From Candidatus Moraniibacteriota bacterium (GTDB lineage Bacteria > Patescibacteriota > Minisyncoccia > Moranbacterales > GCA-2747515), in contig JALVQA010000014.1 of assembly GCA_027031495.1 (NCBI GenBank), positions 849 through 64,848 of the forward strand: a DNA stretch of 64,000 bases. Reading direction: 5' to 3'. The notes beneath the pieces are model-generated. The model saw nothing but the letters and a program-made list of their open reading frames with translations, had not been told where the DNA came from and did not search any database. The first letter of the stretch is position 1. Each line of letters starts with the position of its first letter. The translations under genes and the position numbers were made by a program. Of this stretch, positions 52,009 through 62,041 are shown piece by piece.

Positions 52009-53733
52009 CTATTTTTTAAAAACACGCTTTGTTGCAACATACCACGTACTAATTGTTGCAAAACGTTCTGCCGGTCGCGTTACACGATCAACATCAATGC
52101 CACGTACTTTCGGTGAGTGTGCAAAAAGATAGTACGGCGTGTAGAGAAAAACAGCAGGTACATTTTTTGCAATCTTCTCGTTAAATGTCTTGTAAAGTTC
52201 TTTGCGCTTCTGTTCATCGCGTTCACTTTGCGCTTTTTCAAGAATCTTGTCTATATCCTTGTTGGTAAATTGTGAAAAATTTAAGCCGGGCGCTTTCTTT
52301 TGACTGGAGTGCCAGAAGGCGAAGGGATCAGCGTTAAAAGAAAAATATGTTTGCCCAAAGAGAAGCGCATTGTACGACCGTTCTGCCAAAGTTGCACGAA
52401 ATTTATCGCTCTGCAAAACATCGACTTGTACATCAGCACCGACACGCGCCCACTGTTCTTTCAAAATATTTGCTGTCTTTATAACGCTCTCCCATTCCGG
52501 TACAACAAGCGAGAAACGCAGGACTGTTCCTTCGCGCGCGCGAACGCCATCCTCACCCCTTTTCCATCCCTTCTCGTCCAAAAGTTTGTTTGCCGCGTCA
52601 ATATCATAATGTGGCCATGCATCAGTTTCCGAACGCCACGCCATACCATCAACGAATGGCTCCGACAAAACACGACCTTCACCGGCAAAAACAGTATCAA
52701 TGATTGATTGTTTATCCGTTGCCATAGCAAGTGCCGTACGCACGTCGGTATACGCCAGCGCCGCACTCTTGAGTGGATTAAAAAATACTCCGTATACAGC
52801 AGGAATTGTTATACGCTCTATGCGCGGAGCATCATCCGACAGTTTTTCTTTATCCTGCGCGGAAATACTCACACCCATTGCTTGATGTGTCTTGTACAGA
52901 TCAAGCGTACCATCTTCTGTTGACGAAAAAATAAATTTGATGCGATCAATATACGGGTGTTCGCCGTAGTAGTCCTGAAAGCGCGACAGCGTCGTACTTA
53001 AGATCACACCATCTTCGTCCGTGTCATTTTCTTGTAATTTATACGGTCCGGAACCAATTGGCTGCATATTTGCCTTCGCAAGAGCAAAAGCATCCGGTTC
53101 TACATTATTCCAAATATGCTCTGGCAAAATACCAACACGTAATTGTGCCTCAACAAACGGAACAAATGGCTCTTTAAGCTTGAAGCGTACAGTAAAATCA
53201 TCAACACGCTCAACCGTCACATCTGACCACGCACGTGCAAGCGTTGGTGTCACCGTAAAGCGCTGATCTTGGATTGTATGAATTGTATAAACAACATCAT
53301 CCACTGTCACTTGCTCACCATCATGCCAAAGCGCATTTTTTCTCAGATATACCGTATATGTCTTGCCATCATCCGATACATCATAGCGCTCTGCCAAGTC
53401 CGGCACAACACCGCCATGTCCGTCAGCGCGAAAGAGACCGCTATAGACCAGCGTTGTCACATTTGCTTCTGCATCACCTTCCGCGCCAACACGCAGAAGG
53501 AGTGGATTATAGTGCGCCGGCTGCCCAAAGACCGCCTCTGTATAAATACCGCCGTACTTTGGACTTTCTACGGTCATAAAAATAAAACCGGCATATGCCC
53601 AAAAGGCACATGCCACAAGTGTAATGAGTGAAAAAACGAGAACAAGCACCTTCTCAAAAAAAGAAAGCGCATGCAGCGTATTATAAAATGGAAGTCGCGT
53701 AAAGAATGTTGCTATGTGCGTCAAAATACGCAT
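52009..53733 (-). CDS. Peptide ABC transporter substrate-binding protein (family 5), TM-anchored
   Basis: VPDLAERYDVSDDGKTYTVYLRK..WHDG, PIGSGPY, DPFAFWHSSQ. Confidence 0.92.
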   Translation of the reverse strand: MRILTHIATFFTRLPFYNTLHALSFFEKVLVLVFSLITLVACAFWAYAGFIFMTVESPKYGGIYTEAVFGQPAHYNPLLLRVGAEGDAEANVTTLVYSGLFRADGHGGVVPDLAERYDVSDDGKTYTVYLRKNALWHDGEQVTVDDVVYTIHTIQDQRFTVTPTLARAWSDVTVERVDDFTVRFKLKEPFVPFVEAQLRVGILPEHIWNNVEPDAFALAKANMQPIGSGPYKLQENDTDEDGVILSTTLSRFQDYYGEHPYIDRIKFIFSSTEDGTLDLYKTHQAMGVSISAQDKEKLSDDAPRIERITIPAVYGVFFNPLKSAALAYTDVRTALAMATDKQSIIDTVFAGEGRVLSEPFVDGMAWRSETDAWPHYDIDAANKLLDEKGWKRGEDGVRAREGTVLRFSLVVPEWESVIKTANILKEQWARVGADVQVDVLQSDKFRATLAERSYNALLFGQTYFSFNADPFAFWHSSQKKAPGLNFSQFTNKDIDKILEKAQSERDEQKRKELYKTFNEKIAKNVPAVFLYTPYYLFAHSPKVRGIDVDRVTRPAERFATISTWYVATKRVFKK

Positions 53734-53767
53734 AAAAAGAAACAAAAGAATTAGTCAGATCAGTCGC

Positions 53768-53983
53768 CTATACAAAAACTTGCGCAATTGATATAGCTAT
53801 AAAAGCAACTGCCAGCACGATTGTTGCTCGCAGAAGAAACTTCTCAAAACCACGTCGCGTATAATAGCTACTATCCATGCCACCACCAAAGGAGAGCCCC
53901 AGGCCGGAAGAACGTTGCTGCAGCAAAATAGCGATTATCAAGCAAATTGCAATAACTAGTTGTGCCAGTGAAATCATTGTCAT
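53768..53983 (-). CDS. secG: Preprotein translocase subunit SecG
   Basis: ILLQQRSSGLGLSFGG..TRRGFEKFL with two TM helices. Confidence 0.92.
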   Translation of the reverse strand: MTMISLAQLVIAICLIIAILLQQRSSGLGLSFGGGMDSSYYTRRGFEKFLLRATIVLAVAFIAISIAQVFV

Positions 53984-54011
53984 AACACTGCTATTCTATA
54001 GTTAAAAACAC

Positions 54012-54938
54012 CTACTCGTCAAGTGGCTGTATATCGCCATCTTCTGAATTGTTACTCTCTTTCTCTTCTTCTTCACCATCATCACCTCTTACTCTGTAAA
54101 AGATTTTTCGCACAAGACGCGCATCCAGTGCCACCAAACGTTCCCTCTCTTGTGACGTAATGCCATCAGAAAGGACACTCTTTATTACTCGTATTGTTGC
54201 AGTAAGTGGTTGTGTCGCCGCAATAGTCAATATCCACCCTTCTTTGGTTGTAGCGCTCAGTTCCTGCGCACGGCGATGCGGCACAGTAATGACATCCTCC
54301 TTAAGAGGAATGCCGTTATTCTTTAGTATTGTAAACAGTGCGTTAAGAAATGATGGCGTGATCGCATTTTTTTGCGTGAACGAGTAATGTGTTTTTGTGC
54401 CAATGTCTTCTATGCGTGTAACGGGATTGTCACGCACAATTTTATCATTATCGGCAACTTCGCGTCCGATCTGTCCGTTATCCTCAAGAAGATAACACTT
54501 TCCTTCAGTATGCATACACCATATGTATACATGGCGCCATTCTTTAATATCAATATTCAATGTATGTGGGAAAGTCATCGTTACATCTACATCACGTATC
54601 ACACCGCTCATATCGCGCACCGTTTGCGCAATATCACGCGGACGCATCAACACATACTGCATACGCGGAAAAAACCGCCACATGGTGCCACTGTATGTCT
54701 TTTGTATGCGCTCTTGAATATCTATAGGATCCACACGCTCTGTTCCCGTCACCACAATCTGTGTTATACGTGCCCCATCCCACAAAAAAAGTGTCCATAA
54801 CAATACAGCGCAGTAAGCAAGTACAAGAAGTAAAAAAAGTATACGTGCATAAATCGGTCGCCGCGCATGACGCCGTGTGCGCCGTGTACGTGCACGCGGC
54901 ACTTTTGATAGTTGTCTTTTCTTACGTGTTCTAATCAT
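54012..54938 (-). CDS. ftsQ: FtsQ/DivIB-like POTRA protein
   Basis: Basic N-terminus, single TM, ITQIVVTG..VTMTFPHTLNIDIKE, terminal LDARL..IFYR. Confidence 0.7.
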   Translation of the reverse strand: MIRTRKKRQLSKVPRARTRRTRRHARRPIYARILFLLLVLAYCAVLLWTLFLWDGARITQIVVTGTERVDPIDIQERIQKTYSGTMWRFFPRMQYVLMRPRDIAQTVRDMSGVIRDVDVTMTFPHTLNIDIKEWRHVYIWCMHTEGKCYLLEDNGQIGREVADNDKIVRDNPVTRIEDIGTKTHYSFTQKNAITPSFLNALFTILKNNGIPLKEDVITVPHRRAQELSATTKEGWILTIAATQPLTATIRVIKSVLSDGITSQERERLVALDARLVRKIFYRVRGDDGEEEEKESNNSEDGDIQPLDE

Positions 54939-55834
54939 TTTATTTTGAACAGAAGATGCTCCAGTGTTAGGCGCGTATTTACTTGCATAGTATTCAGTAC
55001 GGTCAGTGCTTCATGGGCACTCTCAAGCCATTGCATTCTACTTCTGCGTTCGCTATCGCTTTTCTTATCAAGAGAACGCCGCCATATGTGCATCCACGTC
55101 ACTATCGCCGTACGTGCGCTCTCCCCATCAGCTGCAAGCTTCTCCGCACATGCGATCTTTTGTGCGTCTGTCATTTGCGGCATATCATGTGCATATTTTA
55201 TTATTTCATCATACCATGCAAGCATCTTTTTATCGCGGATAATTGCCAGTGCGATACCGGGACAACCATGCGCAGCACTTATCACCATATCTCGACGCGC
55301 TTTGTCGTGGATGCATTTTTCTACGACGGCGGCAATTTCGTTGTCACTCACAGGTAGCAATGCTATGCGCTGTGCACGCGAACGCACCGTCTCTAAAAGC
55401 TGTCCTTCATATGCCGTTGTCAAAATGATGACCGTATGCTCCGCCGGCTCCTCCAATGTTTTAAGAAGAGCGTTTTGCGCCGCTATCGTCAACTTATCGG
55501 CGCTTGCAATAATAATAACGCGACGCACACCGGCCAGTGGCGTTTGTGCCGCGTACGTCGTTACTGTTCGCACTGTTTCTACACCGATACTTTTTGTGCG
55601 ACGCGCACCACTCTTTGTCACAACATTCTCTGGCTCAACTACATATATATCTGTATGCGCTTGTGGTGCAGGGCACTGTTTTTTACCATTTACAAGCGCG
55701 GTTGCAAACATCTGTGCAACTGTTGTTTTGCCAACGTGATGCGGCCCCACAAAGAGGTATGCATGCCCGACCGTATCAGTCGCCAGGAGATGATTAAGCT
55801 TTTCTAAAACCGATTTATGCCCAATAACACTCAT
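54935..55834 (-). CDS. holB: DNA polymerase III delta' subunit
   Basis: HAYLFVGPHHVGKT, AQNALLKTLEEP, TVRSR. Confidence 0.9.
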   Translation of the reverse strand: MSVIGHKSVLEKLNHLLATDTVGHAYLFVGPHHVGKTTVAQMFATALVNGKKQCPAPQAHTDIYVVEPENVVTKSGARRTKSIGVETVRTVTTYAAQTPLAGVRRVIIIASADKLTIAAQNALLKTLEEPAEHTVIILTTAYEGQLLETVRSRAQRIALLPVSDNEIAAVVEKCIHDKARRDMVISAAHGCPGIALAIIRDKKMLAWYDEIIKYAHDMPQMTDAQKIACAEKLAADGESARTAIVTWMHIWRRSLDKKSDSERRSRMQWLESAHEALTVLNTMQVNTRLTLEHLLFKIK

Positions 55835-56991
55835 AGAATACGCGTTCGTATTTCTTCAGCGACAGCATCATCAATAATTTTCATCATCGTCGCACGGAAT
55901 GATGATGCACTAAATTGTGCCGCCTTCGCTCGCATAGCAGCCACATCATATCCACCGGCACGCTCGCGCTCTAGAAAGCGCCGGATACCATCCGCCAGAA
56001 CCTCTTGCGTCTGCGCAAAAAACAACTCACCTGTTACTCCCGGCTGAACAATCTCGCATGCACCACCACGTCCGTAGGCGATTACCGGCGTGCCGTGTGC
56101 GAGTGCTTCTGCCATAACTAATCCAAAGTCTTCCTCTGCAGGAAAAAGTACCGCGCGCGCACCAGCATAGTACTGCGCCAACTTCTCGTCACTCTGCCAG
56201 CCAAGGATTTTTACTGTCGGTCCAGCACTCTTTGTGAGCACTTTCTTCATACGTCCACTGCCAACAACGATAAGCGGCAGCGACAAGCGCGTACACACAT
56301 CAACAGCTAATTTCACATTTTTATACTCAGATAAGCGTGCAACAATGAGAAAATAGTTTTTTTTGTGTACATCACACGATTTTGTAACTGTTACAGGTGG
56401 ATAAACAACATGTGCTTTGCGACGATAAAACTTCTCTATACGACTCTGCGTATAGCGAGAGTTTGCAACAAGCACATCCGGTCGTTGCGCCGCTTCAAAG
56501 TCCCATACGCGCAAGTATGACAAAAGCGCACGCAGAAAAATGCCGGGCTCTCTCTTTACACGCTGCCGTGCATAGCGGATGTTTTCGTCCCATACAAAAC
56601 GCATTGGCGAGTGAATGTATGCAACATGTACCGTTGATACGCGTGTAACAATACCCTTGCTCCATGCACCGGACGATGATATGACGACATCATAATCGCG
56701 TAAATCAAACATCTCGGGCGCTGTCGGCAACAACGGCAAAAGCCATTTTGTATGTCGTCGACACCATCGCGGCAAGCGCTGTAAAAACGATGTATGTATA
56801 CGCCGCTTCCGAAAGTGTTTTTCTAGCGGTTTCATACCCTCTTTATCATAAAGCAATGTAAAAATTGGTGCATGTGGAAACAGGTCCATCAAAGCAACAA
56901 GTACTTTTTCAGCACCGCCAGGATAAAGTAAAAAATCGTGCACAAGCGCAACACGTTTTTGTTGTATGTCCTCTTTTATCTTTTTTGTCAT
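55831..56991 (-). CDS. Glycosyltransferase family 4
   Basis: VALVHDFL..GGAEKVL, HSPMRFVWD, EDFGLVMAEA. Confidence 0.93.
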   Translation of the reverse strand: MTKKIKEDIQQKRVALVHDFLLYPGGAEKVLVALMDLFPHAPIFTLLYDKEGMKPLEKHFRKRRIHTSFLQRLPRWCRRHTKWLLPLLPTAPEMFDLRDYDVVISSSGAWSKGIVTRVSTVHVAYIHSPMRFVWDENIRYARQRVKREPGIFLRALLSYLRVWDFEAAQRPDVLVANSRYTQSRIEKFYRRKAHVVYPPVTVTKSCDVHKKNYFLIVARLSEYKNVKLAVDVCTRLSLPLIVVGSGRMKKVLTKSAGPTVKILGWQSDEKLAQYYAGARAVLFPAEEDFGLVMAEALAHGTPVIAYGRGGACEIVQPGVTGELFFAQTQEVLADGIRRFLERERAGGYDVAAMRAKAAQFSASSFRATMMKIIDDAVAEEIRTRIL

Positions 56992-57194
56992 AACGCTTAT
57001 CTCTCATCAGGTGTCATCATTCACATACCCCACAACACACCATATACACCAATCTGTACGTGTACTCCTAGTCATTATATCATGCCTACTCCAATACTCG
57101 CAGGCTATTTGTTGATTGTACTATGCAAATCCCACACGCCAAACTACACGACAAACTTATTGAGAACTTCAGGATGTCATGATATCATTTAGCT

Positions 57195-58040
57195 ATGTTA
57201 AACACTAACAGCACTATCATGAAGGATGCATTCACCACTTCGCACAAAAAGAAAAGACGACGAATGGTGATTCTCATCGTTATTCTCCTCGCGCTATTTG
57301 TCCCGTTTAAGCGCCCGGCAAGAATGGCAGTGTGTTATGATGTAATGCGATCGGCAGAATGGACAACGCCACTGCTGTACATCTTAGATGTTTTTATAGA
57401 ATTGGGCTCCTGTATACATGAGGAATCATACGACGACGACTGCACGGAAACTTCTGATGGGACACGAATATGCCTTCCTGCAAAACCCGTCATTTACCTC
57501 TATCCGGAACAAACGACGGAAGTATTTGTAAGACTTGACTATGATGGTACCATTATCGCAGACTACCCACGCTATGACAAAAAACTAAAGGGGTGGCACG
57601 TCATTGCCCACCGCGATGGCACACTCATCAATACAGCAGACAACCGTGAGTACAGCTACCTCTTCTGGGAAGGGAGTCCGATAAAGCACGCTGCGTGGGA
57701 TTTCTCCAGAGGCTTTGTAGTCAAAGGAGAGGATACGAGAGAGTTTTTACAAAAAATACTTGCGCAAATAGGTCTGACACCGAGAGAGTACAATGAATTT
57801 ATCGTCTACTGGTATCCACGCATGAAAGATCATGCCTACAACCTCATTCACTTTGCCGGCAAACAATACACGGATATCGCACCGCTCACGATTCACCCAA
57901 CACCTGATGCTATGCTACGCGTCTTTATGGTTTACAAACCTCTTAAAAAACCTGTTGCCGTCACGCCACAGGAAATCAAACCGTTTGTGCGTAAGGGGTT
58001 CACGGTTGTTGAGTGGGGTGGAATGGCGGTAGAAAACTAG
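57195..58040 (+). CDS. Conserved hypothetical exported protein (KPVIYLYP family)
   Basis: N-terminal TM; KPVIYLYP, YSYLFWEG, EYNEFIVYW, GFTVVEWGG. Confidence 0.85.
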   Translation: MLNTNSTIMKDAFTTSHKKKRRRMVILIVILLALFVPFKRPARMAVCYDVMRSAEWTTPLLYILDVFIELGSCIHEESYDDDCTETSDGTRICLPAKPVIYLYPEQTTEVFVRLDYDGTIIADYPRYDKKLKGWHVIAHRDGTLINTADNREYSYLFWEGSPIKHAAWDFSRGFVVKGEDTREFLQKILAQIGLTPREYNEFIVYWYPRMKDHAYNLIHFAGKQYTDIAPLTIHPTPDAMLRVFMVYKPLKKPVAVTPQEIKPFVRKGFTVVEWGGMAVEN

Positions 58041-58123
58041 AAGAACCGTACGCAATGCACACCACATGTTAAGGTGTGTTGGCTATGAGAATAGCGAGAA
58101 CCTGAGCCGGTCCGCTTACAAAA

Positions 58124-58216
58124 CTTTTTCTGTTATACACGTCGCGACCTCGCGTGCGCATCGCCCCCAGCTGAAGTGTGCGAGGTTCGCGTGACCTCTG
58201 GCTATTATATCATGCC
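58124..58216. repeat. Direct repeat copy 1: displaced 3' end of glycosyltransferase 60824..62041
   Basis: 87/93 identical to 60832..60924; 58166..58216 identical to 60874..60924. Confidence 0.95.
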
Positions 58217-58245
58217 TATGAGATATCTGTAATTTTGCCCATATC

Positions 58246-58289
58246 AAAAAAAGAAAACCGACAGCATAGCTACTACTACACTGTCGGTT
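58246..58289 (-). terminator. Intrinsic terminator after ORF 58315
   Basis: Minus strand AACCGACAGTGTAG..CTATGCTGTCGGTT then TTCTTTTTTT. Confidence 0.8.
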
Positions 58290-58314
58290 AATGCAGAGGA
58301 TGCCGGCTCCTTAC

Positions 58315-60012
58315 TTACTGCCGCACAAACCCATGCACACGGACGCTCACATTATCAAAAATGCTCGTGTCCTGGGCGTTGCGTATGTATGCCGCCAACT
58401 CCGCATCCAGCGGTATGCGCGCTGTCAGCGTCATGGTGTTTGCATCATACGCAAAATGCCCACAGTACGGGTGGTACGCATCCATGGAAGTAAGCCCCAC
58501 ATCCCAGTGTGCGCCATGGTTGAAGCATGCCTGAGCAAGCCACGCATCAGGATTGAGAGGTTCCTGAAGAAACGTGGCGGAGTTGTAGAGGTTCTCCGTG
58601 TGGGTGATTATCCACGTCAATGTTGTGCCATTGAGCTCAAAGGACCCACGCTCCGTACCCGGTGAATGCGTCAGCGACCAATTGCCGGCGTTAATGTTCC
58701 ATCCGGCATTGATGGCATAGAGTGATGTCAGCCCGGAGAGGTCCTGCGGCTGCGGCGCTGTTTCGCCACCGCCATTGCTCGCACCGCCCCACTCATCCGC
58801 ATCAGTCCACAAATCTTCCGCTGCGACATAGAAAATGTTCTCCTGCGTGCAGTTGTCCGATTCGTGCTCTTCCCTGTAGGCATAGGGCTTGCCACCGTGA
58901 TTGGATGTGCGATCCACGCACGCCACAAGGTTGTACACGCCACCGGGCTGAATGAGCCCACGCGCAGACAGCTCCGCGAGGTTCACGGGGATTTCTTCCA
59001 CGTGTGTTTCCCACGGCTCCAGATTGCGCCCGCGTGTCGTTGCCGTGCCAACATGCACCCACCGCGAGTGCGCATCCTCCTTCTTACCTTTTGACAGAAA
59101 GACGCGCGTTTCTATGCGCTTGCTTCCTTTGATTTTGCCATCACCGGCATTACCAAGAAGCGCACGGAAGTACAGCGTGTCCGTTGCCTTGTAGGTATAC
59201 TCTTCCCAGCCGTTGTCCTTGTCGGTCCAGAGCGAACCATACCAGATAACGAAGTTTGGCAAGGTGGTATGCGACTCTCGCGGATGTGCCGCACCGGCGC
59301 CCGTGCCTATACCGGGGACGTTTGCGGCCATGACGCGGAGCGTCTGACCATCACCAGAAACACGAACGTTGTATACTATACGTCCTGCATCTGACATATC
59401 AATATCACGATACTCTGGATTTGTTGTACGCACAATCGTACGACCATTACCATGATAAAGATTCGTTGCCTCTGATGGTGATTGGCCTTCCGGCACACAA
59501 ACAATGCCGTAGCCCATATTATCAACACAATCAAGCAAACGACTCTGACGGATATCCCATATAACATCTCCCCAAAAATTATTGAAGCGATCATCGTCAT
59601 ACCATAGAAATAATTGCTCCAGATCTTTTCTATGAAATGGCCAGATGCTTGTACCAACACAGATTCTGACAATGTTGCCATCCGCCCAGTTATTGTGCCC
59701 GAGAGGAATGATAAAGCTACCATTATCATCATTGAGGCGTTTGTTGAGTGCAGTAAGTCCACCACGAGTTTCGTAGTCAATCTTGATCATCGCCGGATTA
59801 AACGAACCACCAACATTGTCCTTAATGCTAGATATATCAAAGTAAAGCTCCTTATCAAATCCATCACACCCTTGACCATTACTATTTTTGACAAGATAGC
59901 CATTACTTGACTTCAGATACCCTTTGGACCATCTGCTTGGGAAAATGTTACCATCAGCAAGAACATTTATGCTAAACAACAGCAACACACCCATCGCAAT
60001 ACATTTTTTCAT
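58315..60012 (-). CDS. Secreted multidomain protein with a CARDB-like Ig domain
   Basis: Signal MKK..VLA; LPNFVI..GNAG..VFLS..PGGVYNLVACVD..EEHESDNC; AAAGGAG SD. Confidence 0.75.
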   Translation of the reverse strand: MKKCIAMGVLLLFSINVLADGNIFPSRWSKGYLKSSNGYLVKNSNGQGCDGFDKELYFDISSIKDNVGGSFNPAMIKIDYETRGGLTALNKRLNDDNGSFIIPLGHNNWADGNIVRICVGTSIWPFHRKDLEQLFLWYDDDRFNNFWGDVIWDIRQSRLLDCVDNMGYGIVCVPEGQSPSEATNLYHGNGRTIVRTTNPEYRDIDMSDAGRIVYNVRVSGDGQTLRVMAANVPGIGTGAGAAHPRESHTTLPNFVIWYGSLWTDKDNGWEEYTYKATDTLYFRALLGNAGDGKIKGSKRIETRVFLSKGKKEDAHSRWVHVGTATTRGRNLEPWETHVEEIPVNLAELSARGLIQPGGVYNLVACVDRTSNHGGKPYAYREEHESDNCTQENIFYVAAEDLWTDADEWGGASNGGGETAPQPQDLSGLTSLYAINAGWNINAGNWSLTHSPGTERGSFELNGTTLTWIITHTENLYNSATFLQEPLNPDAWLAQACFNHGAHWDVGLTSMDAYHPYCGHFAYDANTMTLTARIPLDAELAAYIRNAQDTSIFDNVSVRVHGFVRQ

Positions 60013-60116
60013 GCAACTAACTCCTTTGCCATCATCGACAAATTTAATTGTAAAAGAAAGCGCAGCAAAACTGCTGCCACAAATACTCTAATATGATCAC
60101 AAAACAAAATCAATCA

Positions 60117-60818
60117 TCACCTCAGCCACTGAAAGGATGTAATAATCCCTTTTATGGCTCCAATATTATTTGCACGTTTTTCATCCTCTTTTACCCAGAC
60201 TGACAGATTTCTATTATTTCCATTGAACTCAACCACAAATCCACCGACTTTCAGAGGTGTGTCTACATTATCAATGTTGTGACCATATATGTGATATACA
60301 GACCCATTTGTCATTCTGACAAATCGCGGGTTTAGAAAATTCTCTCCATCAACTTTTTTCTTTTCTAACTGTTCAACATATTTCCGCATTTTGTACTTTG
60401 TCATCATATACCCAATACCTTCTAGAAAAAGACTATTGGGGGGCGACACTCTATCATTATCACTAAAACTGATGATTGGACGCGCATCCGGTGATGGCGC
60501 GATTTTTAAAAAGCTGGCATCACGCGGATTGTACTCTATGTGCCAATCACGTGGCACGTTGATTGTGAAGCCGTATTCTTTGCTGTAGAATGTTTTCCAG
60601 TTTGATGTATCTATGGTGGTCGTAGCAAAAGGAAATACCGTTCCATATTTCTTGAGAAATGCGCCCATATTTTTCTGGTAGAATGTTGTGTATGTGCCGG
60701 TTTTGTAGGCGTAGTGGTACCCGATTGCATCACGGAGGCTATAGATGCTTATACCGATGATGACAAGAAGTATGGAAGTGACTACTCTTCGCAATGGTGT
60801 TTGTGGGAAGATCTGCAT
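60117..60818 (-). CDS. Membrane-anchored hypothetical protein with PsbP-like domain
   Basis: N-terminal TM; DTSNWKTFYSKEYGFTINVPRDW; IITSFQW terminus; ATG at 60818 just after the GT stop. Confidence 0.75.
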   Translation of the reverse strand: MQIFPQTPLRRVVTSILLVIIGISIYSLRDAIGYHYAYKTGTYTTFYQKNMGAFLKKYGTVFPFATTTIDTSNWKTFYSKEYGFTINVPRDWHIEYNPRDASFLKIAPSPDARPIISFSDNDRVSPPNSLFLEGIGYMMTKYKMRKYVEQLEKKKVDGENFLNPRFVRMTNGSVYHIYGHNIDNVDTPLKVGGFVVEFNGNNRNLSVWVKEDEKRANNIGAIKGIITSFQWLR

Positions 60819-60823
60819 AGAAC

Positions 60824-62041
60824 TTATACGTCTTTTTCTGTTATACACGCCGCCACCTCGTGCGCGCACCGCGCCCAGCTGAAGTGTGCGAGGTTCGCGT
60901 GACCTCTGGCTATTATATCATGCCGCAGTGCGTCATCGGTAGCGAGGCGCTCCAGCGCAGCGCTGATTGCCGCTGTGTCTGTCGGGTCCACCAAGAGTGC
61001 ACTGTCACCGGCGACTTCCGGCAATGACGATACACCGGATGTGACCACCGGCACGCCCACGCTCTGCGCCTCCAGCACTGGCAACCCAAACCCCTCGTAG
61101 AGCGTCGGGAAGACAAACGCCATCGCACCGCGCATCAGTGCCCATTTCTCTCCATCACTGACAAACCCCATCTCTACGATATCTGCCGTGTGCTGCGCGC
61201 GTGCAATCGCCGCCGCAACGTGCGCATACCCATATCCACGACCACCGGCAAGCACCAGTTTGTGCGGCAGACCCGTGCGCGCCTTGAACGCGTCAAATGC
61301 CGCAACCACGCGTGCGATGTTTTTGCGCTCCTCCAGGCGTCCCACAAAGAAAAAGTACGGCGCATCACCAACGCGTGCCGCTACCATAGCCGCATCCTGC
61401 GCACGCGCCGGCGGCGCCGCATTGACGCCCTCGTACACCACGCGCATTTTCGCCGGCGCAACGCCGTACAGCCGCGCGACATCGCGCCGCGTGTTCTCGC
61501 TAACCGTAATAATCCGCCGTGCCCACCGGCACGACAGCCGAATCGTCGTGCGCATATACTGCCGCGCCCATACACTGTAGGCCTGTGGTGTCATCTCATA
61601 CTCCAGTCCGTGCACAACTACCACCGTATTGCGCGGGTGCACCCACGGCACCGTGTGCGCCGGCACCAAGAGCGCATCGGGGCGGTCGCGCCACATCGAG
61701 AACGCCAGCCCCACTTGCGTCCACGCGCGTCGCAATCCGATCACGCGCACATGCCATGCGTCCGGCAATGCAAAAAAATGCTTCTCAATCCACGCACGCG
61801 GATTGCGCGCTGCTGCACCGGCAAACCGTACATACAGCACCACGTGGTGGAAGCGCAGTGGCGCGCGCAGGTGCTTCACGAGCTGATACGCGTACTCCTC
61901 AATCCCCGTGCGCTCGTGCACAAAAGACCGCGATGCGTCAATCGTGATGACATATTCTTTATGGTGAGCACGCTTCCTTTCTCTGCGCTTTTTCTTTATA
62001 TACATCATGTCTGTAATCTTTATTACTGCGGTTTGTGGCAT
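60824..62041 (-). CDS. Glycosyltransferase family 4
   Basis: IDAS..RTGIEEY, VGRLEERKN, FPTLYEGFGLPVLEAQ, SSLPEVAG, FSW. Confidence 0.93.
   Translation of the reverse strand: MPQTAVIKITDMMYIKKKRRERKRAHHKEYVITIDASRSFVHERTGIEEYAYQLVKHLRAPLRFHHVVLYVRFAGAAARNPRAWIEKHFFALPDAWHVRVIGLRRAWTQVGLAFSMWRDRPDALLVPAHTVPWVHPRNTVVVVHGLEYEMTPQAYSVWARQYMRTTIRLSCRWARRIITVSENTRRDVARLYGVAPAKMRVVYEGVNAAPPARAQDAAMVAARVGDAPYFFFVGRLEERKNIARVVAAFDAFKARTGLPHKLVLAGGRGYGYAHVAAAIARAQHTADIVEMGFVSDGEKWALMRGAMAFVFPTLYEGFGLPVLEAQSVGVPVVTSGVSSLPEVAGDSALLVDPTDTAAISAALERLATDDALRHDIIARGHANLAHFSWARCAHEVAACITEKDV
60832..60924. repeat. Direct repeat copy 2 (current 3' end of the glycosyltransferase)
   Basis: Matches 58124..58216 at offset 2708. 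Confidence 0.95.

Larger units (their letters stand above)
58124..60924. mobile_element. Integrase-free islet (2708-bp repeat-to-repeat unit) inserted at a glycosyltransferase 3' end
   Basis: Two cargo genes bounded by 93-bp direct repeats that match the gene's 3' end. Confidence 0.6.
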
